DNA of 64,000 nt from the NCBI GenBank assembly GCA_963702475.1, contig CAVPCT010000002.1:32001-96000 (forward strand). The letters are read 5' to 3'. The DNA is from an uncultured Thermoleophilia bacterium. GTDB taxonomy: Bacteria; Actinomycetota; Thermoleophilia; UBA2241. Under the pieces are notes generated by a model. It was not told the origin of the DNA and did not search any database. It worked only from the letters and a program-made list of their open reading frames with translations. Shown in pieces: positions 40,247 to 50,190 of the stretch (within the stretch, counting starts at the first letter, position 1; every line of letters starts with the position of its first letter). Both the position numbers and the translations under genes were made by a program.

Positions 40247-41086
40247 ATGGCCACCGAGAAAGCCAAGAAGAGGCACGACGAGAGCACCTCCGGCCACGGC
40301 GGCCACAGGGAGAAGCTCGACCTCAAGACGTACGAGGCGGAGCTGGTCAAGCTCCAGATCGAGCTGGTCAAGCTGCAGGAGTGGATCAAGCACGCCGGCT
40401 TGCGCGTCGCCGTGATCTTCGAGGGCCGCGACGCGGCCGGCAAGGGCGGCACCATCAAGCGCGTCACCGAGCACCTCAACCCCCGCGTGGTGAGCATCGC
40501 CGCGCTCGGCACGCCCAACGATCGCGAGCGCACCGAGTGGTACTTCCAGCGGTACGTGGAGCAGCTGCCCGCGGCCGGCGAGATGGTCCTGTTCGACCGC
40601 TCCTGGTACAACCGCGCCGGTGTTGAGCGCGTCATGGGGTTCTGCACCGAGGACGAGGTGTGGGAGTTCTTCCGCACCTGCCCGGAGTTCGAGCGCATGC
40701 TCATCCGCAGCGGCATCATCCTGCTCAAGTACTGGTTCAGCGTGAGCGACGAGGAGCAGGAACGGCGCTTCCAGAGCCGCCTCAAGGATCCTCTCAAGCT
40801 GTGGAAGCTCAGCCCGATGGACCTGGAGAGCCGCCTGCGTTGGGTGGAGTACTCCAAGGCCAAGGACGAGATGTTCTCGTACACCGACACCAAGGACTCG
40901 CCCTGGTGGGTGGTGGACGCGGAGGACAAGCGCCGAGCGCGTCTCAATATGATCCACCACCTGCTGTCCGTGATCCCGTACGAGGACGTCCTGCCCAAGG
41001 ACCTCAAGCTGGCGGACAGGCCGCCGGAGAAGGGCTACGTGCGGTCGCCCATGGACTCCCAGACGTTCGTGCCCGAGGCCTTCTGA
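40247..41086 (+). CDS. ppk2: Polyphosphate kinase 2
   Basis: FEGRDAAGKGGTIKR, FDRSWYNR, WKLSPMD, DKRRAR. Confidence 0.96.
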   Translation: MATEKAKKRHDESTSGHGGHREKLDLKTYEAELVKLQIELVKLQEWIKHAGLRVAVIFEGRDAAGKGGTIKRVTEHLNPRVVSIAALGTPNDRERTEWYFQRYVEQLPAAGEMVLFDRSWYNRAGVERVMGFCTEDEVWEFFRTCPEFERMLIRSGIILLKYWFSVSDEEQERRFQSRLKDPLKLWKLSPMDLESRLRWVEYSKAKDEMFSYTDTKDSPWWVVDAEDKRRARLNMIHHLLSVIPYEDVLPKDLKLADRPPEKGYVRSPMDSQTFVPEAF

Positions 41087-41193
41087 CCGCGGCAGGTTCC
41101 CCGCGACGGGGCCGGTTCACGCGAGACGACGCCGGCGCACGTGTGAGCGCAGAGGCCGGAACGGGTATGCAGGGATCACCGAAGGAGAGTGCC

Positions 41194-41343
41194 ATGGACG
41201 ATCAGCTGCAACGCCCCCGCGAGAAGGTAGCCGCCGCCGAGCGCGACGAGAAGCGTACCCTGATGGCTGTCGGTGTCGCCGTGCTCTGGCTGGCGATTTT
41301 TCTGCTGGTAGCAGGAACGCTGGCCGCGCGCGGGCTCTTCTAG
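41194..41343 (+). CDS. Small single-TM protein (49 aa)
   Basis: AAGGAG RBS, MDDQLQRP... followed by a hydrophobic C-terminus; ends in TAG. Confidence 0.5.
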   Translation: MDDQLQRPREKVAAAERDEKRTLMAVGVAVLWLAIFLLVAGTLAARGLF

Positions 41344-41475
41344 ACCCGGCGCATCGGCGTGACCGGCCGGCCCCCGCGAGCGCAGCTCGCGGGGGCCGGC
41401 CGCGTCTCGGGGGCACGCGGCCGCTTCCCCGGCCGGGCCGCCGGCCCAGGCGCGGTGGCGGGCCGAGTGGGGCGG

Positions 41476-41757
41476 TCAGTCGGTGGCGTCCTCGCCCCCG
41501 AACGGTTCGCCGATGAACGGCAGGTCGGGAAGGTCGGCCAGGGCACGGAGCGCGAGGCTGGCGGCAAGCGCGGCCAGATCGGTGAGGCCGGGATGCGGGT
41601 CGTCGCTGAGACGCGCGGCGAGCGCGTCGAAGCCGGCGCTGGCCTCTGCGATGTGATCGGACGTCGCCGCTCGAGAGGAGCCTGCCGCGCTCTCGGGCAC
41701 GCACACCACCCACGCGAGGTGCTCGTCGACGCCGATGAGGGTGGTGGGGAGAGACAT
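41476..41757 (-). CDS. Hypothetical protein (93 aa)
   Basis: AAGGAG RBS before ATG; plausible composition. Confidence 0.55.
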   Translation of the reverse strand: MSLPTTLIGVDEHLAWVVCVPESAAGSSRAATSDHIAEASAGFDALAARLSDDPHPGLTDLAALAASLALRALADLPDLPFIGEPFGGEDATD

Positions 41758-42042
41758 CCGGCTCCTTTCGCGAGATGTTGCGGCGCGGTCGCCCTCGGCG
41801 GACCCCGCCTCGAGGTGGCGAACGCCGCCGCCGGTCGGGCAGCGACACGCGGTCTGCAGCGACCGGTCGCGGGCACGGCGCGCGGCGCCCTTGTGGGGCC
41901 GGCAGGTCGGCGGCGGCGTTCGCTGATGAGGGTAGCAGGCGCGGCGGACGGAACTCCGCGCGCGTCCGCCGGGTGTTCCCCAACACTCCGGATGCGGGTA
42001 CTATGCTCCGCACACTCACGGCTTTCCAGCGAAGGAGACGGC

Positions 42043-42258
42043 ATGTCCGACAGCGTCTACAAGGTCATGGAAGTGATCGGCTCGAGCCCCACGTCGTGGG
42101 AAGAGGCGGCACGCAACGCCGTCGAGAAGGCCGGTATCCATCGCGAGGACCTGCGCGTGGCCGAGGCAGTCGAGTTCGATATGAAGATCGACAACAAGCA
42201 GATCGTGGCCTACCGCACCAAGGTGAAGATCTCCTACAAGTACCACGAGATGGTCTGA
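42043..42258 (+). CDS. Dodecin (flavin-binding)
   Basis: SVYKVMEVIGSS.TSWEEAARNAV..A...LR....V.....YR.KVKISYK. Confidence 0.9.
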   Translation: MSDSVYKVMEVIGSSPTSWEEAARNAVEKAGIHREDLRVAEAVEFDMKIDNKQIVAYRTKVKISYKYHEMV

Positions 42259-42272
42259 CAGATCTCGCACGA

Positions 42273-42312
42273 GCGGTGCGGGGCGGTGGCCGTGGCCACC
42301 GCCCCGCACCGC
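42273..42312 (+). terminator. Hairpin after dodecin
   Basis: GCGGTGCGGGGCGGTGGC-CGTG-GCCACCGCCCCGCACCGC. Confidence 0.55.
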
Positions 42313-42530
42313 CGTTCACGTACGGGGGGCGACCGGGGGGTCTATCGGTCGAGGTGCGACGCGAGTGCGTCGTCCGTGTGCCTCAGAGTCGGCCGCCGCG
42401 GGTACACAACAGGTCGGCGGCGGTCATCGGGACGATGCCGGCCTGCGCCTGCGGCCCCCGCCACGCGCCGGCCGGCGCCAGACCGGCGGCGCGCCCTCAT
42501 CGCGGAACCCCGCCGCGCCCGAGTGGGAGG

Positions 42531-43779
42531 ATGACAGTGGCACGTCTGCAGCTGAGCGATTTCGGTTCGATCTGGAAGACCGTCCGCGAGGTGGACATCA
42601 ACGCCGTCCGCAGGGAGGCGGAGCAGCAGGCGACAATCGCGATCATCGGGCAACAGACGGCGCTGTGGCACGTCGACCGCCTGCTGCGCGAGGGGCCCAA
42701 CCGCTACCCCCTCGTGCCGGAACAGCCGTACTTCCTGCCGCTCGCGGAGGCCGCCAAGTACCTGGACTACGTGAAGTCGGCCGACTTGCTGCTTCTGGCG
42801 CTCGACGCCCAAGGCTCCCTGAGCGAGGCTGAGGTCGCCGGCCTGCGCACGCTCGCCGCGGCGCCGCGCCCGCGCCAGGTCGTCTTCCTGATCGGCGCGG
42901 GTGCCGCCGCCCTCGACGCCGGCTCGTGGCCGGGCGCCGGCGTGGGCGGCGGGGCAGAGGGGGCCGCCGAGAACCTGGCCGCCTGGGGCCCGTATCTGGA
43001 TCAGCGTATGGCGCAGGCCGTCGACCCGGAGGCTTACGGTGCCGGCATGAAGCTGTGCGGCGCCGTGCTCGACGCCCTGCCGCACGACCTGCGCCTGGCG
43101 GCTGCGCGGCGGCTGCCCGGCCTGCGGCCGCTCTTCGCCGCGCGGCTCACCACGGAGGTGTCCGTATCGAACGCCGCCGTCGCGCTGGCGTCTGGTGTGC
43201 CCAGCATCGTGCCGATCCTGGGCATCCCGCTGGCGGCCGCCGACACGCTCATCCTCACGAAGAACCAGGTGATGATGGTCTACCGGCTCGCCCTCGCCTG
43301 CGGCGCCGAGCCGGACTTCCAGAAGCGCATGATCGAGATCACCCCGGTCATCGGCGGCGCCGTGGTGTGGCGCCAGATCGCCGGGGCGCTCGTCGGGCTC
43401 GTGCCGGGGTACGGCATCGTCCCGAAGACGGCAGTGGCGTTCGGCGGCACGTACATCGTCGGTGCTGGCGGCGACGCGCTGGTACGAGACGGGCCTGCTC
43501 ACCGACGAGGAACGCAGGCGCATCACCGCCGAGGCCGCGACCAGGGCGAAGGAGGCGGCCACGGCGATGGCTGTCCAGGCGAAGAGCGCCGGCGAGAAGG
43601 CCCGCTCAGCGGGCGACAAGGCCGGCGCACAGGCCAGGAGCGCCGCGCACGGCGTGGCCGAGCGGGCGCGCACCACGCGCGACACGGTGCTCGCGCAGGC
43701 GCGGGACGCCGGCGAGCGCGTGCGCACGGCCGGCCGCAAGGTCACGCGCCGCCAGAAGGACGACGCGCCGGGCGGGTGA
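42531..43779 (+). pseudogene. DUF697/YcjF-like protein with a one-base insertion near 43464 (pseudogene or sequencing error)
   Basis: VPILGIP..AD..LTKNQ.MMVYRLA, WRQIA..LVGLVP. The frame continues as LAATRWYE if one G at about 43464 is removed. Confidence 0.65.
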
Positions 43780-43797
43780 GCGGGCGCGGCCGCTTCG

Positions 43798-44379
43798 TCA
43801 CGGCCCGAGCGTGGCGTACAGCTCGTCGGCGAAGGGCAGCAGAAGCTCGGTCTCGGGGTGCCTGAGCTGCCGGGGGTCGGCAGCCTCCCAGCGGCCGAGC
43901 CGCACGCGGTCCAGCGCGTCCGCGTCCTTGAGGAGCCACAGGATGCGCAGGGCCCGGCAGGGATCCTGGGGGACGCCGGCATCCCGACCGTCCGACCGCC
44001 GCGCGGACCACTCGTCGAGCTCGCTCACCGCCGTCCGGTCCGGTCGCGAGTGGTACGTCACGGCGAACAGCACGAGGCAGGACTCGCTCCGCGTGAGGCC
44101 GGCGACGAGGCCCAGCCGTCGCGCCCGGGACGCGCTCGCGGCCCCGTGCCGCGGATCCTCGCCGTCGTGCCGCCGGCCGATATCGTGCAGCAGGGCGGCG
44201 CGCAGCACGAGGCGCGTGTCGTCCTCACCCCACCCAAGGAGCGCCGTGAGGCGCTGGGCGTAGATGTGCACACGCTGCGCGTGGCGCACGCCGTGCAGGC
44301 GCGAGTCGTGCCGGAACCACTGGGACGGCACCTGCGGGGCGCGGGCGAGCCAGGCGGCGACCTCGCCGGCCTCGGTCAC
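43798..44379 (-). CDS. HD-domain phosphohydrolase
   Basis: HGVRHAQRV, ALLHDIGR, HG, KDADALDRVR; translationally coupled to the upstream XRE gene. Confidence 0.85.
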   Translation of the reverse strand: MTEAGEVAAWLARAPQVPSQWFRHDSRLHGVRHAQRVHIYAQRLTALLGWGEDDTRLVLRAALLHDIGRRHDGEDPRHGAASASRARRLGLVAGLTRSESCLVLFAVTYHSRPDRTAVSELDEWSARRSDGRDAGVPQDPCRALRILWLLKDADALDRVRLGRWEAADPRQLRHPETELLLPFADELYATLGP

Positions 44380-46100
44380 GCGAGTCCCAGGGCGTCGAGC
44401 TGCTCCGCCAGCGCGCCGGGTCGCAGGTGGAGCATGGCGGCAGCGTCCTCGAGGCTGAGCCGGCCGTCGCGGAGCGCGGCGAGCGCCCGGGCGCGCATGC
44501 ACGCCGGCACGCGCAGCACCGCCGGCGGGCCGAACTCGCCCACGGGCAGGACCTCGGCCGGCGTGAGGTGCGCCAGCGTGTCCTTGGGCCCGCCCAGGAA
44601 CGCCTGCCGCGGGAGGAGCTCCCACTCCTGGTGCTTCATCTGCGAGCGCAGCGCGGTGAACTGCTTGACGTGGAGGCGGCCCGCCGCGCGGGAGCGGAAG
44701 AGGGCTGCCCAAGCGCTGATGCCGAACGCATTGGCGAGCTCGAGGAGCGTGTCGAGGCCCGGGTTGCGGGGCAGGTCCTGGCGGCGGCCGTACCAGCGGT
44801 CGACGGCGCGCACCGGGGCGAGGAACTCCTCGGCGAAGTCGTTGGCGGCGGCCTCACGAGGATTGGCGCGGCTCCAGCCGATGCTCTCGTCAACCACGTC
44901 GCCGTGACCCAGCACGAGGTGGGCGAACGCGTGCACCAGGGCGAAGCGCTGCAAGACCACGGGGCGCCCGGCGTTGACGAACACGAAGGGCACCCCGTCC
45001 TCCACCACGGTGGCGGCGACGGGGTGCGGGTCGCTCTCGATGCCGATGCGTGCGGCGAGCTCCGGCTCGGGACCGCTCACGCGGGCGACGACCACCTGGA
45101 CGCCGAGGCCGTCCTCGACGAGCGGGACGAGGTCCGGCACCGGGCCGTCGTCAGGCTCCACGTGGAGCTCGCCGCGCCAGAACCGGGCGACGCGGTCGTA
45201 GAGCACGTCGCCCGCCCCCGGCGGCGGGATCACCGGCTGCCATGGCCGCGCCGCGAACGCCGGCTTGCCCTCGGCGGTCTGCCCCGTGCTCCACGGGAGG
45301 TCCGGCCCGGTCTGCTCCGTCAGCTCCCGCAGGACGAACCAGTCGCGCACGACGCCGGCGACGGCCGCCGCCCAGTCCTCGCCGGCGGTGCGCGCGGAGG
45401 CGCCGGCGGGGAGCGCGGCCTGCGCGGCCTGGAGGGCCTCGGCGCGAAGGGCTTCGGCGGGGAGGGCGCCGGCGAGTACGTCGGGCCCGGGGGGCTCGGG
45501 TCCGGGCGAGGCGGCCGGCGGCAGGGGCGCAGACGTGCGTGACATCGGCAGCACGCCCGGCGCCGCCGCGGCGGCGACCGGCGCCTCGCCGGCCGCCAGA
45601 GGTGGTGCGCCGCCGACGCTCCCGGCCCCGACGAAGCCGTCCACGTCCGGGTGTTCGAAGGCGCGGTCCGGGTGCAGCGCCCGGAACGCGAGAGGGCGCT
45701 CCCCGGGCGCGCGCCGCGCGCCGCCGGACTCCCCGCGAGGGGCCGCCCGGTGTCTCGCCCGTTCGATGGCGGTGAGCAGCTCGTGCTCGCCCGAGGCCGG
45801 CCTCGTCGCCCGGGCGGCGCTCGATCGCCGCACCTCGGCGTAGTCCGGCCGGCCCCACGCCCGTCCGGTGCCGGTCGCCTGTCCGCTGCCGCTCCCGAGC
45901 AGTGCGTCGGCGCTCACGTGGAACAGGTCGGCGAAGCGCTGCAGCTCGGCGGCCGAGACGCGCCGCCGTCCGGCCTCGACGCGGCTGACGGCGGATTGAT
46001 CCAGACCCACCGCTCCGGCGAGCTCGCGCTGGCTCCAGCCGCGCTGCGCGCGCAGGCGCGCTATCCGCGTCCCGACGTCTTCTTGATGCTCTGCGCGCAT
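44376..46100 (-). CDS. XRE-HTH regulator fused to an ImmA/IrrE-like domain with degenerate HExxH (HAFAH)
   Basis: N-terminal SQRELA..VGLDQSAVSRVEAG; C-terminal RFALVHAFAH...EAAANDFAEEFLAP. Confidence 0.8.
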   Translation of the reverse strand: MRAEHQEDVGTRIARLRAQRGWSQRELAGAVGLDQSAVSRVEAGRRRVSAAELQRFADLFHVSADALLGSGSGQATGTGRAWGRPDYAEVRRSSAARATRPASGEHELLTAIERARHRAAPRGESGGARRAPGERPLAFRALHPDRAFEHPDVDGFVGAGSVGGAPPLAAGEAPVAAAAAPGVLPMSRTSAPLPPAASPGPEPPGPDVLAGALPAEALRAEALQAAQAALPAGASARTAGEDWAAAVAGVVRDWFVLRELTEQTGPDLPWSTGQTAEGKPAFAARPWQPVIPPPGAGDVLYDRVARFWRGELHVEPDDGPVPDLVPLVEDGLGVQVVVARVSGPEPELAARIGIESDPHPVAATVVEDGVPFVFVNAGRPVVLQRFALVHAFAHLVLGHGDVVDESIGWSRANPREAAANDFAEEFLAPVRAVDRWYGRRQDLPRNPGLDTLLELANAFGISAWAALFRSRAAGRLHVKQFTALRSQMKHQEWELLPRQAFLGGPKDTLAHLTPAEVLPVGEFGPPAVLRVPACMRARALAALRDGRLSLEDAAAMLHLRPGALAEQLDALGLA

Positions 46101-46187
46101 CGTTTCCGTCCCCTTGTGTCGCTACATTGAGTCTAGCAGGTCGTTCTCCGCACCGATCAGGTTCCCTCCCGACTGGGAGGACCGCTC

Positions 46188-46254
46188 TTGCAATAGATGT
46201 TAGTATCACATATACTCCGGGAATAGTGAAGACGTATCGATGCTCAATAGTCAT
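46188..46254 (+). promoter_or_regulatory. Near-consensus sigma70 promoter TTGCAA-N17-TATACT with two ATG-N9-CAT boxes (candidate XRE operators)
   Basis: -35 at 46188-46193 and -10 at 46211-46216; boxes at 46197-46211 and 46240-46254; AT-rich patch. Confidence 0.6.
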
Positions 46255-46339
46255 GAACTGCTGGCCCCAGCCTCGGATGGGAGGAGCCGCTCGCCGGCCG
46301 GACCGGGCCGACGAGCGGCGTTATGGAGAGGAGACACCC

Positions 46340-47380
46340 ATGGCCGATACGCACGACGCCTTCGCGGCCGACACTCTGACGCGCACGCTGTGTCTGGGCG
46401 AGCGCCTGACGCACGGGCCGCTGGCCGTGTTCCCGTTGTTCACCGACCGGGACGCGCCCCAGGCCCCGCGCCCGCACTTCGTCACACTCCGGCAGGCGCT
46501 GAACGAGGGTCTGGTCACCGTGACCGAAGTGAGCGAGAGCGGGTCGGTCCCCGACTTGCGTCTCGTCAACAACGGCGACCGTCGCGTGCTCGTGCTCGAC
46601 GGCGAGGAGCTGCGCGGCGCGAAGCAGAACCGCGTGCTCAACACCAGCATCCTGGTGTGCGGGCACAGCACCCTGGTGGTGCCGGTCAGCTGCACCGAGG
46701 CCGGCCGCTGGTCCTACGCTTCGCGCGAGTTCGCCGAAAGTGAGATCGTCGCCGAGCGGCAGGTCAGGCGAGCCATGCGCGAGACCACGCACGCCGCGCT
46801 GGCCGCCGGCGCAGGCCACCGCACCGACCAGGGGCGCGTGTGGCGCGAGGTCGACGCCGTGCACGCCAGGCAGCAGACGCGCTCGGCCACGCACGCGATG
46901 CGCGACTCGTACGAGCTCAAGAAGCGTGACCTCGACGAGGTCGTCGCCGCGTTCCCTCTGAGCGACCACCAGAAGGGCGTGCTCGTCCTGCACGGCGGGC
47001 GCGTCGTCGGCCTGGACTACGTGTCGCGCTCGCGGCAGTACGCGGACCTGCACGACAAGCTGCTGCGCAGCTACGCCTTCGAGGCGCTCGTGCGAAACGG
47101 GGAGCCGGGCGATCGCGTTGTCGCCGAGGCGTTCCTCGGTCGCATCGCCGGGCTCGGCGGCCGGCGCTTCAAGAGCCCGGGGCTCGGCTGGGACGTGCGC
47201 TTCCAGGGCGCCGGCGTGCTGGGCTCGGCCCTCGTGTACCGCGGCAGTGCCGTGCACGCCGCCTTCTTCGACGTGGGCGACGTCGACGGCGCCGGCGAGC
47301 CCGGCGCCGAGCGGCCGCGGCAGCCCGAGTGGCGCATCGCCGACGCCCGCGAGCGCGCCCGGCGGCGGACGGCCGGGTGA
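46340..47380 (+). CDS. ARPP-1 / DUF6569 family protein
   Basis: VTEVSESGSVP.L..N...VL.LDGEEL.GAKQNR.LN....VPVSC.EAGRW...DQG.VW pattern, recognised from memory. Confidence 0.75.
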   Translation: MADTHDAFAADTLTRTLCLGERLTHGPLAVFPLFTDRDAPQAPRPHFVTLRQALNEGLVTVTEVSESGSVPDLRLVNNGDRRVLVLDGEELRGAKQNRVLNTSILVCGHSTLVVPVSCTEAGRWSYASREFAESEIVAERQVRRAMRETTHAALAAGAGHRTDQGRVWREVDAVHARQQTRSATHAMRDSYELKKRDLDEVVAAFPLSDHQKGVLVLHGGRVVGLDYVSRSRQYADLHDKLLRSYAFEALVRNGEPGDRVVAEAFLGRIAGLGGRRFKSPGLGWDVRFQGAGVLGSALVYRGSAVHAAFFDVGDVDGAGEPGAERPRQPEWRIADARERARRRTAG

Positions 47381-47413
47381 GAGCCGCCGCCGGCACCACC
47401 GAAAGGAGTCACC

Positions 47414-48359
47414 ATGCAAGATGAGACGCGCCAAAGGTCGTACCGGGCCGCGGCCGCCATCACGCGGGAGAAGCTCCGGCGCGACGCGCCGGAGAGGGCC
47501 CGCGCCCTCGACCAGGTCGAGGACAGCGACATCGTGGTGGTGGGCGGCATCTACGATCACGTCGAGTCCGTGCTCCAGGCGCTCGACGTGCCCCACTCGC
47601 TGGTCGCGCCGGAGCAGGTCGACCATCTCACGCTGCGCCCCGAGCAGCTGCTCATCGTCAACTGCCCGGGCAACGTCTCGCCGGCCGCGCTGCGCAGGAT
47701 CCGTGCGTTCGTCGAGGCCGGTGGCAGCCTGTTCACCACCGACTGGGCGCTCAAGCACGTCATCGAGCCGGCCTTCCCTGGTGTGCTGGCATTCGAGAAG
47801 GCGCCCACGCGCGACGACGTGGTGCGCATCGAGGTCCGCGACCCGGACAGCATCTACCTGCAGGGCGTGCTGGACGGCCAGGACGACCCGCAGTGGTGGC
47901 TGGAGGGGTCCTCGTACCCCATCACCGATCCTGGACGAGGAGCGCGTGCGAGTGCTCATCACGAGCCGCGAGCTGGGGGAGAAGTACGGTGAGACGCCGG
48001 TGGCGGTGTGGTTCCGCTGGGGCGAGGGCGACGTGTTCCACATGATCAGCCACTACTACCTGCAACGCACCGAGCTGCGCACTGCGCGGCACCGAGGCGC
48101 CGCCGCCGGCTACTTCGCCGAGCAGGCGGTGACCATGTCGCCGGCCATGGTGCGTGAGTTCGGCGACCTCAGTCTCGCCGACGTGGAATCGGCCAAGCCC
48201 TCGGCGGCGTTCATGGCGAACGTCATCATCGAGAAGAAGCGGGCCGCCGAGCGGCGCGAGGAGGCCGCGCCAGGCAGCGGCGCCGCTCGCGACGCTTCCG
48301 CGTCGGACGGCGGGCCGCCGGTCGCCCCTCCGCCTGACGCTCCGAAGGATCCGGAGTGA
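47414..48359 (+). pseudogene. Hypothetical protein (class I glutamine-amidotransferase-like fold suspected) with a one-base insertion near 47926
   Basis: G.YDHVE.VL, VNCPG, FV..GG.LFTTDWAL, WWLEGSSYPI; continues as ILDEERVRVLI...HMISHYYLQ in the shifted frame. Confidence 0.6.
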
Positions 48360-48454
48360 CCCGATGCCTCTGGACTGCGAGGAGCGGGTGCCGGCCGCGC
48401 GGTGGGAGGTGCGAGGCCCCGCGCCTCCCGCCGCGCCCGCCGTCAGGGCGCCTC

Positions 48455-48664
48455 TCAGCAGCTCACCGTCGCCTCTCTGTGGTCGTCGTCGTCGACGTGC
48501 CGCAGCCACTCGGCGCAGGCGAGGAATTCCTCGTCGCAGGTCACGCAACGGTACTTGTCGACTTTCGCCGTGTCACCGTGCATGGTGTTCATGTGGTACT
48601 CCAGGCTGCGGTGCGAGTCGAACTCCGCTCTGCAGTGTGGGCACGGGAACATCTGGAAGCTCAT
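48455..48664 (-). CDS. 69-aa protein with two tandem C2H2 zinc fingers
   Basis: F.CPHC...F.....L..HMNTMH and Y.CVTC...F.....W..HVDDDDH; GAGGGG RBS. Confidence 0.7.
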   Translation of the reverse strand: MSFQMFPCPHCRAEFDSHRSLEYHMNTMHGDTAKVDKYRCVTCDEEFLACAEWLRHVDDDDHREATVSC

Positions 48665-48746
48665 GGTGGACCCCCTCGCGGCAGTTTCGAGCGTAGTACT
48701 AGTCAATACCCGCAGAAGCGAGGGGCCACACACAAGGAGGACTGCG

Positions 48747-49292
48747 ATGAACGGTGATGCGGGCGTGCGCGACGATGTCGGGAGCCGCATGGAGGTGGTG
48801 GAGGGCGACATCACCGGACTCGACGTCGACGCGATCGTGAACGCGGCGAACTCCTCGCTGCGCGGCGGCGGCGGGGTGGACGGCGCCATACACCGGGCGG
48901 CGGGGCCGCTGCTGGTGCGGGAGTCGGCGTCCCTGGCGCCCTGCCCGGCCGGCGAGGCGCGGATCACGAAGGGATACGACCTGCCGGCGCGGCACGTGAT
49001 CCACACGGTGGGACCCGTGTGGCACGGCGGCGAAAGTGGCGAGGCCGGGCTGTTGCGGTCGTGCTACACGGGATCTCTCCGACTGGCGGAGGAGACCGGA
49101 CTGCAGAGCATCGCCTTTCCCGGTATCTCCACCGGCGTCTACGGCTACCCGGCCGACCAGGCGTGCGAGGTGGCCGTGAGCGCCGTCACCGACTGGCTCA
49201 CGGCTCACGACCTGCCGCAGCGGGTCGTGTTCTGCTGCTTCGGGGCAAGCGCCGCGGCGTTGTACCGGCGGCGCCTCGGCAGCGAGGCCTGA
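48747..49292 (+). CDS. ymdB: Macrodomain protein, O-acetyl-ADP-ribose deacetylase (YmdB-like)
   Basis: GDIT, AIVNAAN..L.GGGGVDGAIH.AAG, VIHTVGP, AFPGISTGVYGYP. Confidence 0.92.
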   Translation: MNGDAGVRDDVGSRMEVVEGDITGLDVDAIVNAANSSLRGGGGVDGAIHRAAGPLLVRESASLAPCPAGEARITKGYDLPARHVIHTVGPVWHGGESGEAGLLRSCYTGSLRLAEETGLQSIAFPGISTGVYGYPADQACEVAVSAVTDWLTAHDLPQRVVFCCFGASAAALYRRRLGSEA

Positions 49293-49319
49293 GGGGGCGT
49301 AGGGGCTCCACGGCCGAGG

Positions 49320-50119
49320 CGCTGGTCTGGGTAACGGGGGCCGGGCCCGACGTCGGGCGGCCCGGCCGCAGGGTGGCCCTCGGGAGCCTCGAGGCCTCGG
49401 GCCCGCCGTCCTCGTCGCCTTCGCCGACCTCGTCTCGTACCGCTTCGTGACCGGCGCCTTCGGCGAAGGTACGCTGACGCTGCGCGCGCGGTACCATGGC
49501 CTTCGTCGAGGTGGCGGGCCAGGATCCGACCGGGTTCTCGGTGGACCTGGCCGCGGAGATCGCCGAGCGCCTGGGCCGCACGCTCCAGGTGACGTTCGAG
49601 CAGTTCTCCGACCTCTTCCCGATGGTGGACGCCGGGGCGGCGGACATCGCGATGTCCGCCATCAGCATCACTCCCCAGCGCCGGAAGCAGGTCGACTTCT
49701 CGGCGCCGTACTTCGACTCGGGCCAGGCGCTGCTGGTGCGCACCGGTTCCGGGATCACCGGGACGCAGGACCTGGAGGGCAGGGCCGTGGGCGCGCTGGA
49801 GGGCTCGACGAACGAGCAGGAGGCCGAGCGCATCGCCGGCGTCGGCCGCATCGTGACCTTTGCCGACAAGGAGCCGATGTTCGACGCGCTCCTGGAGGGC
49901 ACGCTCGACGCGGTCGTTTGCGACACACCGTTCGCGCTGTACAACGCCAGGCTGACCGGGCAGACACAGGTCGCCGAGACCCTCACGACCGGAGACCGGT
50001 ACGGCATCGCCTTGAAGAAGGGGAACACCGAGCTGCGGGGCGCCGTCGACGACGCCCTGGCGGAAATCAAGGCAGACGGCACCTACGACCGGCTGTACGT
50101 GGAGTACTTCGGGGAGTGA
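49320..50119 (+). pseudogene. Polar amino-acid ABC substrate-binding protein; intact from 49496, 5' end apparently degraded
   Basis: GFSVDLA, SITPQR..VDFS.PY, YGIA..KGN, DGTY. No signal peptide; linker-like SPSPTS and GEGTLT pieces lie upstream in other frames. Confidence 0.6.
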
Positions 50120-50190
50120 GGCAGGCGGCGGGCGCGCGCGGCCAATGCGGGAGCGCCCGTGGAGCCCCACGGCCGCCTGCGCTGCGGCCG

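Noticed and set aside
49440-49500. Selenocysteine or other recoding at the TGA upstream of the substrate-binding protein
   Set aside because: The upstream fragments are in different frames and no conserved Cys position is involved. Decay or indels explain it better.
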